Part shown: positions 13,840 to 26,490 of the stretch, piece by piece
How positions within the stretch are numbered: position 1 is the stretch's first letter
Layout: each line of letters starts with the position of its first letter
Source of the DNA: Lama guanicoe
Lineage: Eukaryota
Direction: 5' to 3'
Assembly (NCBI GenBank): GCA_013239625.1
Contig: MU053365.1
Location: 2,080,115-2,144,114, forward strand
Length of the DNA stretch: 64,000 bases
Program-made: the position numbers and the translations under genes
Notes under the pieces: generated by a model
Database searches by the model: none
What the model saw: the letters and a program-made list of their open reading frames with translations, nothing else
Told to the model about the DNA's origin: nothing

Positions 13840-14812
13840 TGAGAATGAGAAACACCAAAACCCACTCAGCTTGCTGTCTCCACTAACATAACTTTACTAT
13901 TTCAACTGTCTTCATCAAAATGACTTGACAATTCCAGGAAATTCCAGCCCAGGAAGAGAAAAGTTGCAAATAATTTTATTATTCATTTTAGAAATTTCCC
14001 CTCCAAATCTAGTTAAATAAATATCAAGCTATCCAACCTATCAATTTACAACTTCAAACAAATGTTACTCTCTCTGACTCTTCAAAATCTTCACCTCTAA
14101 ATCTTTGCCTTGCTGTATTCACCAGTTCTGAACCATAATTAACATGATCCTTAACCAATCATAATTTAGTGCTCTCATTGAAAGACCCTCTGAAACCAGA
14201 GTAAAAATCTCATAAATATCTCAACTTTGCTCTCTGTTCTTTGAGATGTTAATAATGTTCTGTCAAGGTTTTTATATCAGTCTCCCATTGCTGATGTAAC
14301 AAGTTACCTCAAATGTAGTGGCCTAAAACAACACAAATTTATTATGTTACCATTCTGTAGATTAGAAATCTTAACACAAATCTGACTGGGCTAAAATTAA
14401 AGTGTTGGCAGGGCTGTATTCCTTTCTGCAGGCTCTAGAAGAGAATTTGTTTCCTGGTCTTTTCTAGCTTCTTGAGCTCACCTGCATTCCTTGGTTTGTG
14501 TCTCCTTTCCATCTTCAAAGCCAGCAATAACCAGTTAAGTCCTCACCGTGTTGAGTTACTCTGATGCTAATTCTTCTGCCTTCCTCTTCCACTTTTAAGA
14601 GTCCTTGTGTTTATGTCAGCACTCCCAGATAATCCCAGATAATCTCACCACTTTATGGTCAGTTGATCAACAACCTCAATTCCATCTGCAGATGTAATTC
14701 CCTTTGCCATGTAACCTAACATATTCACAAATCCCTCTTTAGTAAGATTAAAGCCATCTTTCACTCATCAAGGGGTCACTTTCCTTGAATTTTGAGGGAA
14801 CCAGAATTCAAT
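13840..14812 (+). mobile_element. 3' LTR of the ERV (MER67-like), interrupted by MLT1
   Basis: Follows env; cattgaaagaccctctgaaaccaga...tctgtcaaggt then resumes agtaagattaaagcc...gagggaaccagaattca. Confidence 0.65.
14273..14729 (-). mobile_element. MaLR LTR (MLT1D-like)
   Basis: tatatcagtctcccattgctgatgtaacaagttacc...aaacaacacaaatttattat...cctttgccatgtaacctaacatattcaca. Confidence 0.88.
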
Positions 14813-15774
14813 ATCACTTTAATTACCAGAAATAGTAAGAAAGCTAGCAATTCATAGACTATTACATCTCAAAAGTCTCTGAGAGAATAGCTGGTTTAAG
14901 CCCTCATTTTACGTAAAAGGACAGTCATTTGCTGTAACGTAAGCATAATAAAACCTTCCCTACCTCAGTAATATATGGACACTTAATTTGAAAAAAAAAA
15001 GCAATTTTTATGACTGTGACATGTAAAGGTAAATCTAGATGCTAATTACACAGTGCTCCATCATAGACCATTTTCTTGTTACCTGGTTCTCTGAATATCA
15101 AGTCGTTTCTACCTAGAGTTAACTTGCATCTTCCTGAAAGCACTCCTCTCTGTATATCATATTTTACTCCTGGCCCACAATGACTGCTTAAGAAATACTT
15201 ATTGAAATAATAAATTCTATATGTGTCTTTGCTCCCCAAGTCTAAGTCCCTTACTACTATCCTGTAATACCTCCTTTTTCCTCAACCTTTGGCCGTTATA
15301 AAAAAATTAAATAAAATCCAGCTCTCTAGTTTTAAATCGCACAACTATTTTTATTTTTTCATTGCATGTAGGTAATCTCCTACCATGTATTCAAACCTTT
15401 TTTTTTTTTTGGAAAGAGGAGTATAAGTTAAAAATATATAATTTGATATTTTCCATTTTTGAAGTAGGGAAATACATTAATATAAAATCATACTCATGTA
15501 AGTATTCACATAACTTTACATGGGTAGTAAAAGTTTGATTATATATTTTTCTGAAGTGATACGAGTCCTTATTTGTAGATATTTTTCATTTATTTTGAAA
15601 AAATCAAGGGTGAAGATTATAAAATAGAATTTTGACTGTCATTCAGCTCATTAAAAAAGAAAAAAGACTGTATTCTTTGGGATTTTGTTTCACTGGCTAA
15701 AGAAATATTGACAATGTGACATCTTAAATGACCATGCTTTCCCCCCCAAAAAGGGGAAGAAACATAGGCTTTGT

Positions 15775-15948
15775 GTTAAAAGTAAGCTATGGACAGAGTG
15801 TTAGGAGTCCTGGGTTTTGGTCCTAACTCAGAATCTCCAAATGTGTGAATGCAGGTGATTTTTTTAACCTCTTTTGGACTGGTTTCAAATTCCAAAATAC
15901 TGGATGGTTAGACTAGATGGTCTACATGAACTCTTTTAGTTCTGTAAT
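15775..15948 (+). mobile_element. MIR3-like SINE
   Basis: gttaggagtcctgggttttggtcctaactc...ggttagactagatggtct...ttttagttct. Confidence 0.6.
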
Positions 15949-16519
15949 ACAATGAGTGGTTATAAATATTTAACTTCAGTTTCTGAGTCATCTGTAAAAA
16001 TAGTTTCAAAAACAAGCTGCAGCAGGAAACTTTTCTCTACCATAGCAACTACCAGGATCGTGGTACTCTGCGACACAGCAGAGCGGGAAGTCTGCAGCAC
16101 TGATGAAGATGCTTGTCATCTTAACCGCTGTCTACCATCACAGCTACAGGCCGATGGCATTCCTGAATCAGAGGTAGTAAAACAAAATACTTATAAACAA
16201 TGGGGAGAAAAACCATGGACTCCTTTTATTCTACCTGAATCAGAGCTCTGTTTCAGCCAGTCAACAAGCACAGACTCCACATAAACAACAGAGTTTTCAT
16301 TGTTGGGTACACAAAGATCAATGCAAAATGTCCATTGCCTTTGAAGATTCCATAGACTTGCAAGGAGAATAAAAAATGAATGCAACCAAATATAATACAA
16401 GAGAGTTATAAATGTTATCATAGAGTTAAAATACAGCCTATGTGGATACCAGTTAAGAATAGAATAAAAATGCCCTACTGGCATATAAGGGAGTAACAGC
16501 AAGGAGTAAACCCCTCTCT

Positions 16520-16810
16520 TGTTTTAACTCCAGCCATACCAGCCACTTTACCTCTATGCACCATCTAATCACGCTACACTGAATTTGCCTTATTCTCCTT
16601 TTATAACTGTGCCGTTATGCACCCTTCCCTCTGCTTTTAAAATCTCTATCCATCACCCACCCTTTGGAAACTACAACTCAACCGCCTTATAGCCAGAAAC
16701 ATATCCTGATTTTCTTAGGCAATAACTCACCCCTTCTGGCATCTCTTCTCGTGTATAACTTTATTAGAACATTTACCAGATCGTAATATAATTTATCTAT
16801 TAACATATCT
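16520..16810 (+). mobile_element. L2 fragment
   Basis: ctccagccataccagccac...cccttccctctgc...ttattagaacatttacc. Confidence 0.55.
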
Positions 16811-17399
16811 GCATCAAACACCTCCAGCCAAAATGATAGTAAAAGACATCAAATTTGCAAACCATCTTTTATTACCAGAGTTCTGAAATCAACTCACTTT
16901 ATATGTTAATTTTACTCCCACCATTGCTATTTGCCCACCACCATTGCTTTTTGAATCAAAGAGTCTCCTTACTCTTGACTACAATATTTTGATATTTTTA
17001 CAATAAATACATTTACATAAATGCTTACATATCTTTTGTAAAATAGGACAGAGTGTACATAATCTTTTTTAAAGATAAGTTACTTGGAGTCAGGGAATGT
17101 ATGTGTTTATTACAGCACAGTGACTGGCATATACTCAGTTTCCTATATTAAAGAAGAAATGAATGCCAATTTGTAAGTAAAATTAAAATGTGAGTAACCA
17201 AGACAAGCATCAGAGAGGGTAGCGCAGCTGAGCCAGAAGCTGCAGTCCAGGTTTTCAGCATGCCTGTGAGAGTGAAAGGAGGACAACCCGGGTGAAGGAG
17301 ACGGCCTGGGCTAACGCACAGGCTGCGGTTATGAACGGACGACGGGCCTGGTGTAGCGGTAACAAAAGACCCCTGGTGCAGCAGAATGGGCAATGAGGC

Positions 17400-17800
17400 T
17401 CAAAAGGAAGCTGCGAAAGGCCTTAAATGCCATGCTGAGGAACTGACACTGAATTCTGTAGGCAACGGAGAATCTTCAGAAGTTTACGAGAACGCATACT
17501 AGACAGATTTTTTTCTTTTTTTCTTAATCTCTTTTCACTTTTTTCTTTCTTCTTTTTCTGTTTCGCTTTTTCCTTTCTTCCTCTTTTCTTAAAATTTTTT
17601 CAATTATATACATATTTTTGAAACATCACTTCACCAGAATGGGGATTGGATTGGAGAATGTCTGAACGGAAGCCTAGAGCCAGTTAGAAATTTATGATAA
17701 TAACTGAGGAAAGAAATCCTGGTGGCCTATCCTGGGGCAGTAGAGGTGGGGAGGGGGAAGCAATGTACATAACGACATGCACAGAACTTGTTAATTGGAT
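17400..17800 (-). mobile_element. L2 fragments with a T-rich low-complexity tract (~17507-17600)
   Basis: ggccttaaatgccatgctgaggaact...tgtaggcaacggagaatc; gagccagttagaaa...ggtggcctatcctggggcagtag. Confidence 0.6.
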
Positions 17801-18255
17801 ATCAATGGCGCAGAGCGGGGCGGAGGTGTCCGTGGTGACTATTAGGGCTTTTTTCCAATGTTTAATTTGGAATAATTATAGATTCACAGAAGTGGCAGAG
17901 ATAGTGTGGTAGTAGAGAAGTCCCATGCAGCCACAACCTTCACACAGTCTCCCCTGTCCCCACCCCATGGTGACATCTTCTACCATAGTAGCACAACAGG
18001 AAAACCAGGAAATTAACATGTGTGTAAAGTGTGAGCATATACTTTGTCATTTTATCACATATGTAAATTTGTATGAAGTCCACCATGACCATCAAGGTAC
18101 AGAACTATTCAGTCACCACAAAAATCACCCTCATTCTTCCCCACTATCGTCACAACCACCTCCCTGACCCTCACCATCCCCAGTCCCTGGAAACCATGAA
18201 TGTTTCTCTACCTCATAATGTTCTCACTTGAGAATGTTAAATAAATGGAGTCCTG

Positions 18256-18932
18256 CAATTCTCACCATCCGGGTGCCCAACAATTCAACTCAATTCTGAT
18301 ACTGTCTACCTGGAGTTAACCTCAGATTTCACATGTTAAAGGGCCTATTCCCACAAGACTACCCCCACTTTAGATGCCAGCCACAAAGAGGGTATGCAGG
18401 CTACACAAACCCCTGCCCAGCCAACTACAAATTTGGGAGTCCCAACAACCACCCTCCTCAGTTTCGATGATTTGCTAGAATGGCTCATAGATCTCAGAAT
18501 AACACATCACTTATGTTTACCAGTATATCACAAAGGATACTGCTCAGGAACAACCAAATGGAAGCCAAGTGCATAGGATCAGGTTTGGGGGCCGAAGAGG
18601 GTGAAGAGCTTCTCCCTCTTAGCACCTCAAGGTGTTCACTAGCCTGGAAGCTCTCTGAAGCTCACTGTTCACGAGTTTGTATAGAGCTCAGTCTCCAGTT
18701 TCACCCTCCCTCACAGGTAGGGGGTGGGGACAAAAGTTCCAACCCTCTAATCACTCTTTCTGGTGACCAGTCCCCTCTCAAATCACCTAATCAGCATAAA
18801 CTCAAGTGTAACTGAAAAGGGCTTGTTATGAATAACAAAACACATTCCCTATTGCTCAGGAAATTCCAAGGGTTTTAGGAGCGCTGTGCCAGGAACTGGG
18901 GGCAAGTACTAAATATATATATTTATTCTACC
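18256..18932 (-). mobile_element. MER21-like LTR
   Basis: caattcaactcaattctgatactgtctacctggag...ctcaggaaattccaagggttttaggagcgctgtgccaggaact. Confidence 0.85.
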
Positions 18933-19606
18933 TTAGACCTTTTGTGACAGGCTTTCTACACGTGGCAAAATGTGCTTGAGATCCATCCAAGCTGTTGTAT
19001 CAATAATTTGTTTCTTTTTGTTAATTTTTATTCCATGGTATAGATGTACCACACAGTTTGTTTCGTCATTCATCCACTGATAAAGAACTGAACTGTTTCT
19101 AGTTTCAGGCTATTATGAATAAAGCAGTTAGGAACATTCATCTACAGCTTTTTGTGTGGACACAAATTTTCATTTTCACAGAATAAGAATCTTGGAGTGT
19201 GATTGCTGGATCTTGTAGTAACTGTATGTCTAGTTTTATCTAAGAACTTGCCAAATTACTTCCAGAATGGCTATAGTCTTTGACATTCCCACCAGCAATA
19301 TATGAGGTTCGATTTCTTCACACCCTCAACAGTATGTGATGTGGGCATGCTTTTTTTTTTTTTTCTTTTTTAATTTTAGCCCTTAGGTGTAGTGCTGTCT
19401 CATTATGGCCTTAATTTACATCTCCCTAGTAGCTAGCAATGTTGTACCTCTTTTTGTGTGTTTATTTGCCGTCTGTATATCCTCTTTGGTGAAATGTCTC
19501 TTCATGTCTTCTGTCCGTTTTCTAACTGGGTTGTTATTTTACTGTTGAGTTTGAGAGGTTGTTTTTTTTTTTTTTTTAAACATATTCTGGATACAAGTAA
19601 TTTGTA

Positions 19607-19761
19607 NNNNNNNNNNNNNNNNNNNNNNNNNNNNNNNNNNNNNNNNNNNNNNNNNNNNNNNNNNNNNNNNNNNNNNNNNNNNNNNNNNNNNNNNNNNNNN
19701 NNNNNNNNNNNNNNNNNNNNNNNNNNNNNNNNNNNNNNNNNNNNNNNNNNNNNNNNNNNNN
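19607..19761. other. Assembly gap (155 N)
   Basis: Run of N. Confidence 1.
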
Positions 19762-20509
19762 TTTTTTTTTTTTTTTAAACATATTCTGGATACAAGTAAT
19801 TTGTAAGATACGTGGATTACAAGTATTTTCACCCAGTCTGTAACTTGGCTTTTCATTATCTGTGCAGGGTCTTTTATAGAGTAAAAGTCTTATTTATTTT
19901 TTGATGAAGTTCAATTTATTGGTTTTTTCTTTTATAGAAGATATTTTGATGTCAAGTCTATGAACTCTTTGCCTAACCCTAGATTCTGAAAATGTACTTA
20001 TATGCCATATTCTAAAGTTTTACAATTTTGCATTGAAATCTATGATACATGTAGAGTTAATTTTTGTATCAAGTTTAAGCTTTATATCATAATTCTTTTG
20101 AGTAAGACCTATGTTGACACAATAATGACTGTATTCCTCATCAGTTATTTCAAAGTTGTTTTCTCATACAAACCCTGAAATAATCATTCTGGATCAGTCT
20201 TTTTAGATGCTTAAATATAAATCAGTACAAATATTTGGAAAGTGGGAAAAATGACTAGTTCTAAAACAGTGAGCCACCTGGCCCACTTCTGTGGACTGTG
20301 TATAAACTGTAAAGTCTTGAGTAACAGAAACCCTTTGCAGTATGGCTGTACACCAAACAATCTAATTCAGATTCAATTTTCCTATAAGAAATATTATAAT
20401 ACGTGATTATATTCATAACTTACAACCTCATCAAACCCAATTATTTTAGGTGGATCCAAATAATATGTGTAACTCAGAATAAAACAAGCGTCAACATATT
20501 CACTGGTTT

Positions 20510-20700
20510 GTTTTTTCATTCATTCTTCCACTCATTTGTGCAACTATCCTATGCACTTAACCCCCATTCTTTGCACAACTGTTATGTTCCTGGCATTGTC
20601 CTCTATACTGGGAACATAGCAAAGAACATCTCTGTCTTATGATCCATAAACTCACAATCCAGTAAGGAAGATGAGATGTATGTATATGTAAAGAATTATA
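20510..20700 (-). mobile_element. L2 3' end
   Basis: ttcattcattc...tatgttcctggcattgtcctctatactgggaacatagca...ctcacaatccagt. Confidence 0.65.
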
Positions 20701-21660
20701 GCCCAGGGAATATAAAATATAAGGATCTGATGTTGTACTTTCATTCATCAAGCAATCTATTATACACCAGAAGTTGTGCTAAGGGCTAGGTGGACTGACG
20801 CTGATACTTTTTGAATGTTTTCTTGTTTTATAAAGTTGTCCAAAGGATAACTCTATTTGATTAGAGAAGTAGTATAAAATCATACAATTATATTTAAGAC
20901 AATTCAGTAAACATATTGTTAAAAGTGTTTATATCCTTCATATTGCTGCCTTGTTCTTACTGCAACAAATCAAAAGTGAAAAATATCCTCAGAGTGGTCA
21001 TTAATTTAAGAGATGCTTCTGTAGTGTATTTCTAGAGTGACGTTTGGGGAGAATAAAGGCTATTGGGTGGCTTTTAGAGACTGCGCCAAACAAGTGTGTT
21101 CTGTCACCCTTTCTGCTTCATAAATTTGCCTGGGTCAAGGAGCCCACACATGGTCAGCATGAAAGAGCTAAAGTAGGCTTGTCGTCAGGAGAGAGAGTGT
21201 ATAGTGAAAGATGAAGCATCTTCATTTCTATAATCTCTTTACGATGGGAGAGTGTCTTTTTTTTTTTTTTAAAGTTAAACCAAAACTGCTAGGAATTCTG
21301 TTCCTCAAAACAACTCAGGGATTAATGAAACCTTCTCATTTACACTGCAAAATGGAGACAGTGAATAACAAAGAGGGCTCAAAACTGACAAGTTGAATTT
21401 TAGAGAGCATCCACTGCAGGAAAACCAACCTTAGAAATACAAAGAAAGGTGATAAAGACTTTGCAATCAATGGATAACCTTAGGTAACTGCAGGCAGAAT
21501 GACCACGAAATCCTTGCCACCAGGACAGCAAAAAGATGATACAAAGTGACAGTCACACTAATGCAGATAGTATCAGAATGCAGATTAGCATCAGGCACAG
21601 ATGACAATTGATTAATAATACAAAATCAAAACAACCACACGATTAGACCCAGACCGGAAC

Positions 21661-21818
21661 TGTGTGTGTATGTGTATATATATATGTATATGTAGATGAG
21701 TATGTCTATTTGTGCATATATATAATATATATGTGTACACTATATATAATAGTGTATATTTCATTATATATTTTACATATATATATACACACACACATTC
21801 ACATACATATATATATTA
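21661..21818. repeat. Compound (TG)/(TA)/(CA) microsatellite
   Basis: Directly visible dinucleotide runs. Confidence 0.95.
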
Positions 21819-22532
21819 TTCCACCTTATACCTTTATCTAACTAATCTCACAGAAAAATAATTTAAGGCATTGTTAAAATATAGCTTTCAATAGTCTGGT
21901 AAATGGAGAAGTAAATGAGGTAATCAGCCCCCTTTGGAGCAAGATTTATTCACGGCTATGAGTAGTACTTACTACCTAGCACTGGCAAATAAATCCTTGG
22001 TCTTTATGCTTCCTTAAGAAATCCTTTGGGGATTTATTTCCTCAAAAATGCTGTTGTAATGGGTTTTAATATATAACGTGCTGAATGAATCCTACCTGAA
22101 AATTTCTGCCAGAAGGCGCACGGAGTAGATAACCTGGCCCCTACGTCAAAGAAAAGAAGAACTTCCAGGTATGCAGGGTGAGGATGATGTCAGCTTTGTA
22201 TCACTGTTTCTAATAATTTGAAGGTTAATAAATACAATTACTAATGCTAAGATGATTGTCAATGTCGGTTCAGGTCCAGGCAGGTAGTTTGGGGACCTTC
22301 CATTGCTAGGAACGAGCCAACAGAACGTTTGACTTCCTGAGGGACAAAACAAGAAAGATGAGGTAGAGAATCAAGAGAATCAGCAAAAGGAGTCATGCTA
22401 GAGCCCAACCAGGGCTTCAGCTCTTTCTCTCTCACCATGAAGCTTTTGTATAAGCTCCATTTTCTGTCTAAAATATTCCTCATCTTCCTCACGTAGCTAA
22501 CACTCTTCTGGGCTCAGGTTAGATACCATTTC

Positions 22533-23452
22533 CTCAGGGACACTCCCACATAAAAACAACCCTTCAAGACCACAATAGATAACTATTTCTCCTAAATTCA
22601 TAGAAATAGAGAAAGTTAAAATGAAAAGGCAGAGGAACACCCCCAATTAAAAGAGCAAGAGAAATCCCCTGAAAAAATAAATTATGAAACAGAGCTCACC
22701 AGTCTACTAGAACCTGAGTTCAAAAAGGTAGTAATGAAAATGCTAACTAAATTAAGAAAGATGGTCAATATAAATGCCTATCAGTGTAATATGGAACTAG
22801 AAACTATAAAGATGAACTGATCAAAAATAGATCATTAAATTTCTGAGATAAAAAGCAGTCTAGAAGCCATGAATAGCCAACTAAATGACACAGAAAAATG
22901 AATACGTGATCTGGAAGATAGGATAATGGAAATCACCCAATTGGAACGACAGACAGAAAGACAAATGAAAAAAGATGAATTGAATATGGCAGATCTATGG
23001 GATAACATATAACATGCCAATCTATGCATAATAGGGATTCCAGAAGGAGAAGGTGGGGGATTGCAAAATGTATTTGAAGAAATTATAGCTGAAATCTTCC
23101 CAAACCTAGAGAAGGAAACAGATATCCAGGTACAAGAAGCATAGAGGGTCCCAAAAAAGATGAACCCAAACAGACCCACATCAAGACATACCATAATCAA
23201 AATGGCAAGGGTTAAAGGATTCTAAAGGCCTCGAGAGAAAAAGAGTCATTTACAAGGGACCCCTCATAAAGCTCTCAGCTGATTTCTCTGCAGAAACTTT
23301 GCAGGCCAGAAGGCAGTGGCATGATATAGTCAAAGTCCTGAAAGGGAAAAATCTGCAACCTGGGATATTCAATTCAGCAAGATTATGATTTAGAATAAAA
23401 GGAGAGACAAAGAACTTCTCAGACAAGCAAAATCTAAAAGAATTGACACCAC
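22533..23452 (+). mobile_element. L1 distal 5'UTR + ORF1 remnant
   Basis: atgaaaaggcagaggaac at 22621; LRIIGIPEGE, FEEIIAEIFPNL, ADFSAETLQARRQWHDIVKVLKGKNLQP ORF1 motifs with stops/frameshifts. Confidence 0.92.
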
Positions 23453-23454
23453 CC

Positions 23455-23905
23455 TACTTGGATGATTCCCTGGGATCCTGTCACCTCTGTATCCCTCAAT
23501 GGGGACTTTTCCCACGTCCTGGCCACTCTAGCTTCAGTGCCACACTGTGTCAGGGAGTGAGCAGGGCCAGGGCGTTCACTTGGCTCCAGGTGAGGAGCAT
23601 GGTGAGGTGGTATCAGGAAACGCAGCAGCTGCTGGGGCAGACCTCTCTCTGCGCTGCCCTGGGACAAGCCAGTACCTGCGTGCTTCTCGTGAGTGGAGTT
23701 CAGGCTTCTCCAGATTTTCAGTATGTCCCAGTAGTTCTCCAACCAGCCAACGGGCTGGACTCTTACATGTAAAACCACAGGACTGGGACATCCAGTCTTT
23801 GGCTTGACCTACTCCCTCCCTAAGGTGAGTGTCCACCTGTGCAATCTCTCTTTTCCTGAGAGTCCCATCCTAGGGACATAGGTCCTGACCTGATCGCTTT
23901 TGTCT
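23455..23905 (-). mobile_element. L1 5'UTR fragment (laurasiatherian type), opposite orientation to the adjacent ORF1
   Basis: Minus strand aaagcgatcaggtcaggacctatgtccctaggatgggactctcagg...; GC-richer than the flanks; resembles recalled ungulate L1 5'UTR. Confidence 0.7.
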
Positions 23906-24829
23906 ACCTTCTGTTTTGTTCTTAATTTCACCATGCTCTATTAATTTCTACAGCTCCCTGTAGGTCAAGCCCCCTTGTCTGCTTCTCCAAACGTGGTGGT
24001 CATGGTAGTAACTTTATCATCATGGCTCCAGGTAGGAGGGGAAGAAAAGCAGATGGGGGCTGTTCCTAAGGGGATTGCCTCTTGCCTGTGTGAACAAGGT
24101 CTTTACAGTATCGCTACAGTATCTTCTATAGTAGAGAAGGGAAGAGCTTGCTAGTTCATACTAGGGAGTACTGGGATACCTCAATAAGCTCTGAAGTTTC
24201 AGGGATGTCTTCAGAGCCAAAATTCTAAGGGGCACATATCTGTTAGATAAATATCCTCCTTTCGTATTTCAGGGTCCAAGATTTTTCTACCCACGGTCCT
24301 GACCTTATTATAACAAATTAGCCCTGAACAAGCATTAAAATGTCTCTGGAGCTCTGGGACTTCAGCTATTAAGTCTTGAGTCTGTCTTCAGCTCGTGGCT
24401 CTTCCACTGTAGGAAAGGACCCTTTTGTAAGCTACCAGCAAGGTTCTCTGGCTCACATACTTAGACCGTAACTATTTCTTAACTACTCTTAATTTTTCAA
24501 AATCCTTCTTCAGGGTGGCCATACAGTTTAATAATATCCTTCTTGTAGGCATTGCACCTCCCCCACCCCTAGCCCCACACACCCACCAAATCTTTGAAAT
24601 GCCTGTATCTTTAGCTAGAGCATTCCTCTCTACCAGGACATTCTCTGCAGTCATCCGTGATGAAACCTCCAGTTACTGGGCTGTCATGTCGTGCTAAGGC
24701 TCATCCTTACCTCATAGTTCACTCAGGAAGGCACTGATCTTGCCAGCCAGGCAATGAGTGAGCTAGTCTCAAAACCCATCTTACCATCTTCTTTCTCAGA
24801 CCACTCCTGCCTCTTGCCCCCTGTCCCCC

Positions 24830-25228
24830 GTCACTTGAGGTCCTTTGAGAAGCAGATGTAGGGATAAGATTAAACATGCAAGATACTGATAAAGGGAAGG
24901 AACAGGAATAAACAGGAAAAGGCTTTAGACTGATACAATTCTCTGACTGCAGCGTAGCACTGACAAATTCTCAACCTGAGCAATGAGAAGGCTCCAAGCA
25001 AAGGTTGCTCATTAGAGCAGTCCCACATCAGACAAAGATGGTCTGGCTCTGGTACCCCTGTTGTAATCAGTCCTTAACTGGAGGAGTCCCTGGGGGAAGT
25101 GGAGCCTTGAAGAACGTACCATGGTGAATCCAAACATGCAGCAGTTAGAGGCTGCCAGTCTACCCTGAGCCCTGCAGCAAGTTGTCTTGGAGGGAGATCT
25201 GAGCAGCTGACCCCCATGACTGCCACAC
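24830..25228 (-). mobile_element. ERVL LTR (LTR16A-like)
   Basis: gtcctttgagaagcagatg...gcaaaggttgctcattagagcagtccc...ggagatctgagcagctgacccccatgactgccaca. Confidence 0.7.
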
Positions 25229-25877
25229 CCGGGACATGCTTAATACTCTTTCCCGGGAAGCTTCCTGCTGCCACACATGGATCTAAGTTTCTTCTCCAAG
25301 CAGGAAAGCCTCCTCTTTCAGAATGAGGCTTTAAAATGTTACTCTTGAAGAGAGAAGTCAGTTACTACATCAGCCACAACCCAGAGCATTCAGGTGAGAT
25401 AGCAGGAAATTGCTGAGTCAGTCCTTGAGGTGATGGGCTAAGGCCAGGGACATTGTGGTCGCTCAGGAAGCTGAAGAAAGCAATGGCCATCCCAGGGAAC
25501 ATCAGCCCACGTCACAGTGCGCGAGACTCATTTAGAAAACCCCGAAAGCAAGATACAGACCTTGTCAGAACTGTTCTCTTGGCAATAAGGCTTGAAGAGT
25601 GCCACATGAACTTTCTACAGGGCAATGAGACACTGCCCCAGGAAAAGCCCAGTCTGGGCACTTGTAGGCTACTGAGCGACCATAACTGGCGAGGGTGAAG
25701 AGCTCAAGGATGTAGACATAAAGCAACCGCTGACTTTTCTTTTTCATGATGGCCACTTTTTTGCAACCTTACTAGATACATGCCCTCTGTCAATGGGTTA
25801 TGCTCACCCACAAACCACCAAGATGCTGGACAGGAAAGGCAAACCGATTGTGGGGTTTTCATCTAAGACAGGTCTTT

Positions 25878-25975
25878 GATTCACTCACTCAGCAAACATT
25901 TACCAAACACAAAATACTTGCTATACCCCGGGCTAGGCACTGGGGATACACACTACTGCCCTCAAAGAGATAACG
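25878..25975 (-). mobile_element. L2 3' end
   Basis: attcactcactcagcaaacatttacc...ctaggcactggggataca. Confidence 0.6.
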
Positions 25976-26490
25976 GAGCTTGCCGCTGGGTAACCGGTTC
26001 TGTAGTAATGTGTCGGTGTGACTGGCTCTCAGAATTCCTCACAGTCATGTGGCTAAAAGTAAAATTTTCTTTTTTGGTTTTTGTATCAAAAGAGATATGA
26101 AAATATTTGAAAACTAGAAAGTTCTATATACATTTGAGAAGTAAATATTATTTACATGACACCTCTTTTCAGATGGCTTTCTGCTTCGTTCACAGAGCTC
26201 AGAACATCGCTACTCACACTGTTTGGGTGGCTTGACTGTGGGTAAAGTTTCTCTCATTAGTGAAAATACTTTCAACACATTGACAATTGCTGAGTTATCA
26301 GTTCTATACATGCTTTAGACTTCTGTTTTCTTTTAAAGACTTTTGGTGATATTGAATATAATGTTTGTACCATCTTGACTAAGTCAGGCAAAAGAACAAA
26401 TTGAAAACCTGAGTGTTTTCCTTCTTCAATTGGATGCTTTGAGAAAGAGAATTCTAATAAAACTCCATTAATAGCACTTAAAATTAAGAA

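Larger units (their letters stand above)
17855..20095 (-). mobile_element. Old L1 (L1MC/MD-like) 3' end, split by a MER21 LTR and an assembly gap
   Basis: tttaatttggaataattatagattcacagaagtggca start; acattcccaccagcaatatatgag; ORF2-end motifs to ~20090. Confidence 0.85.
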
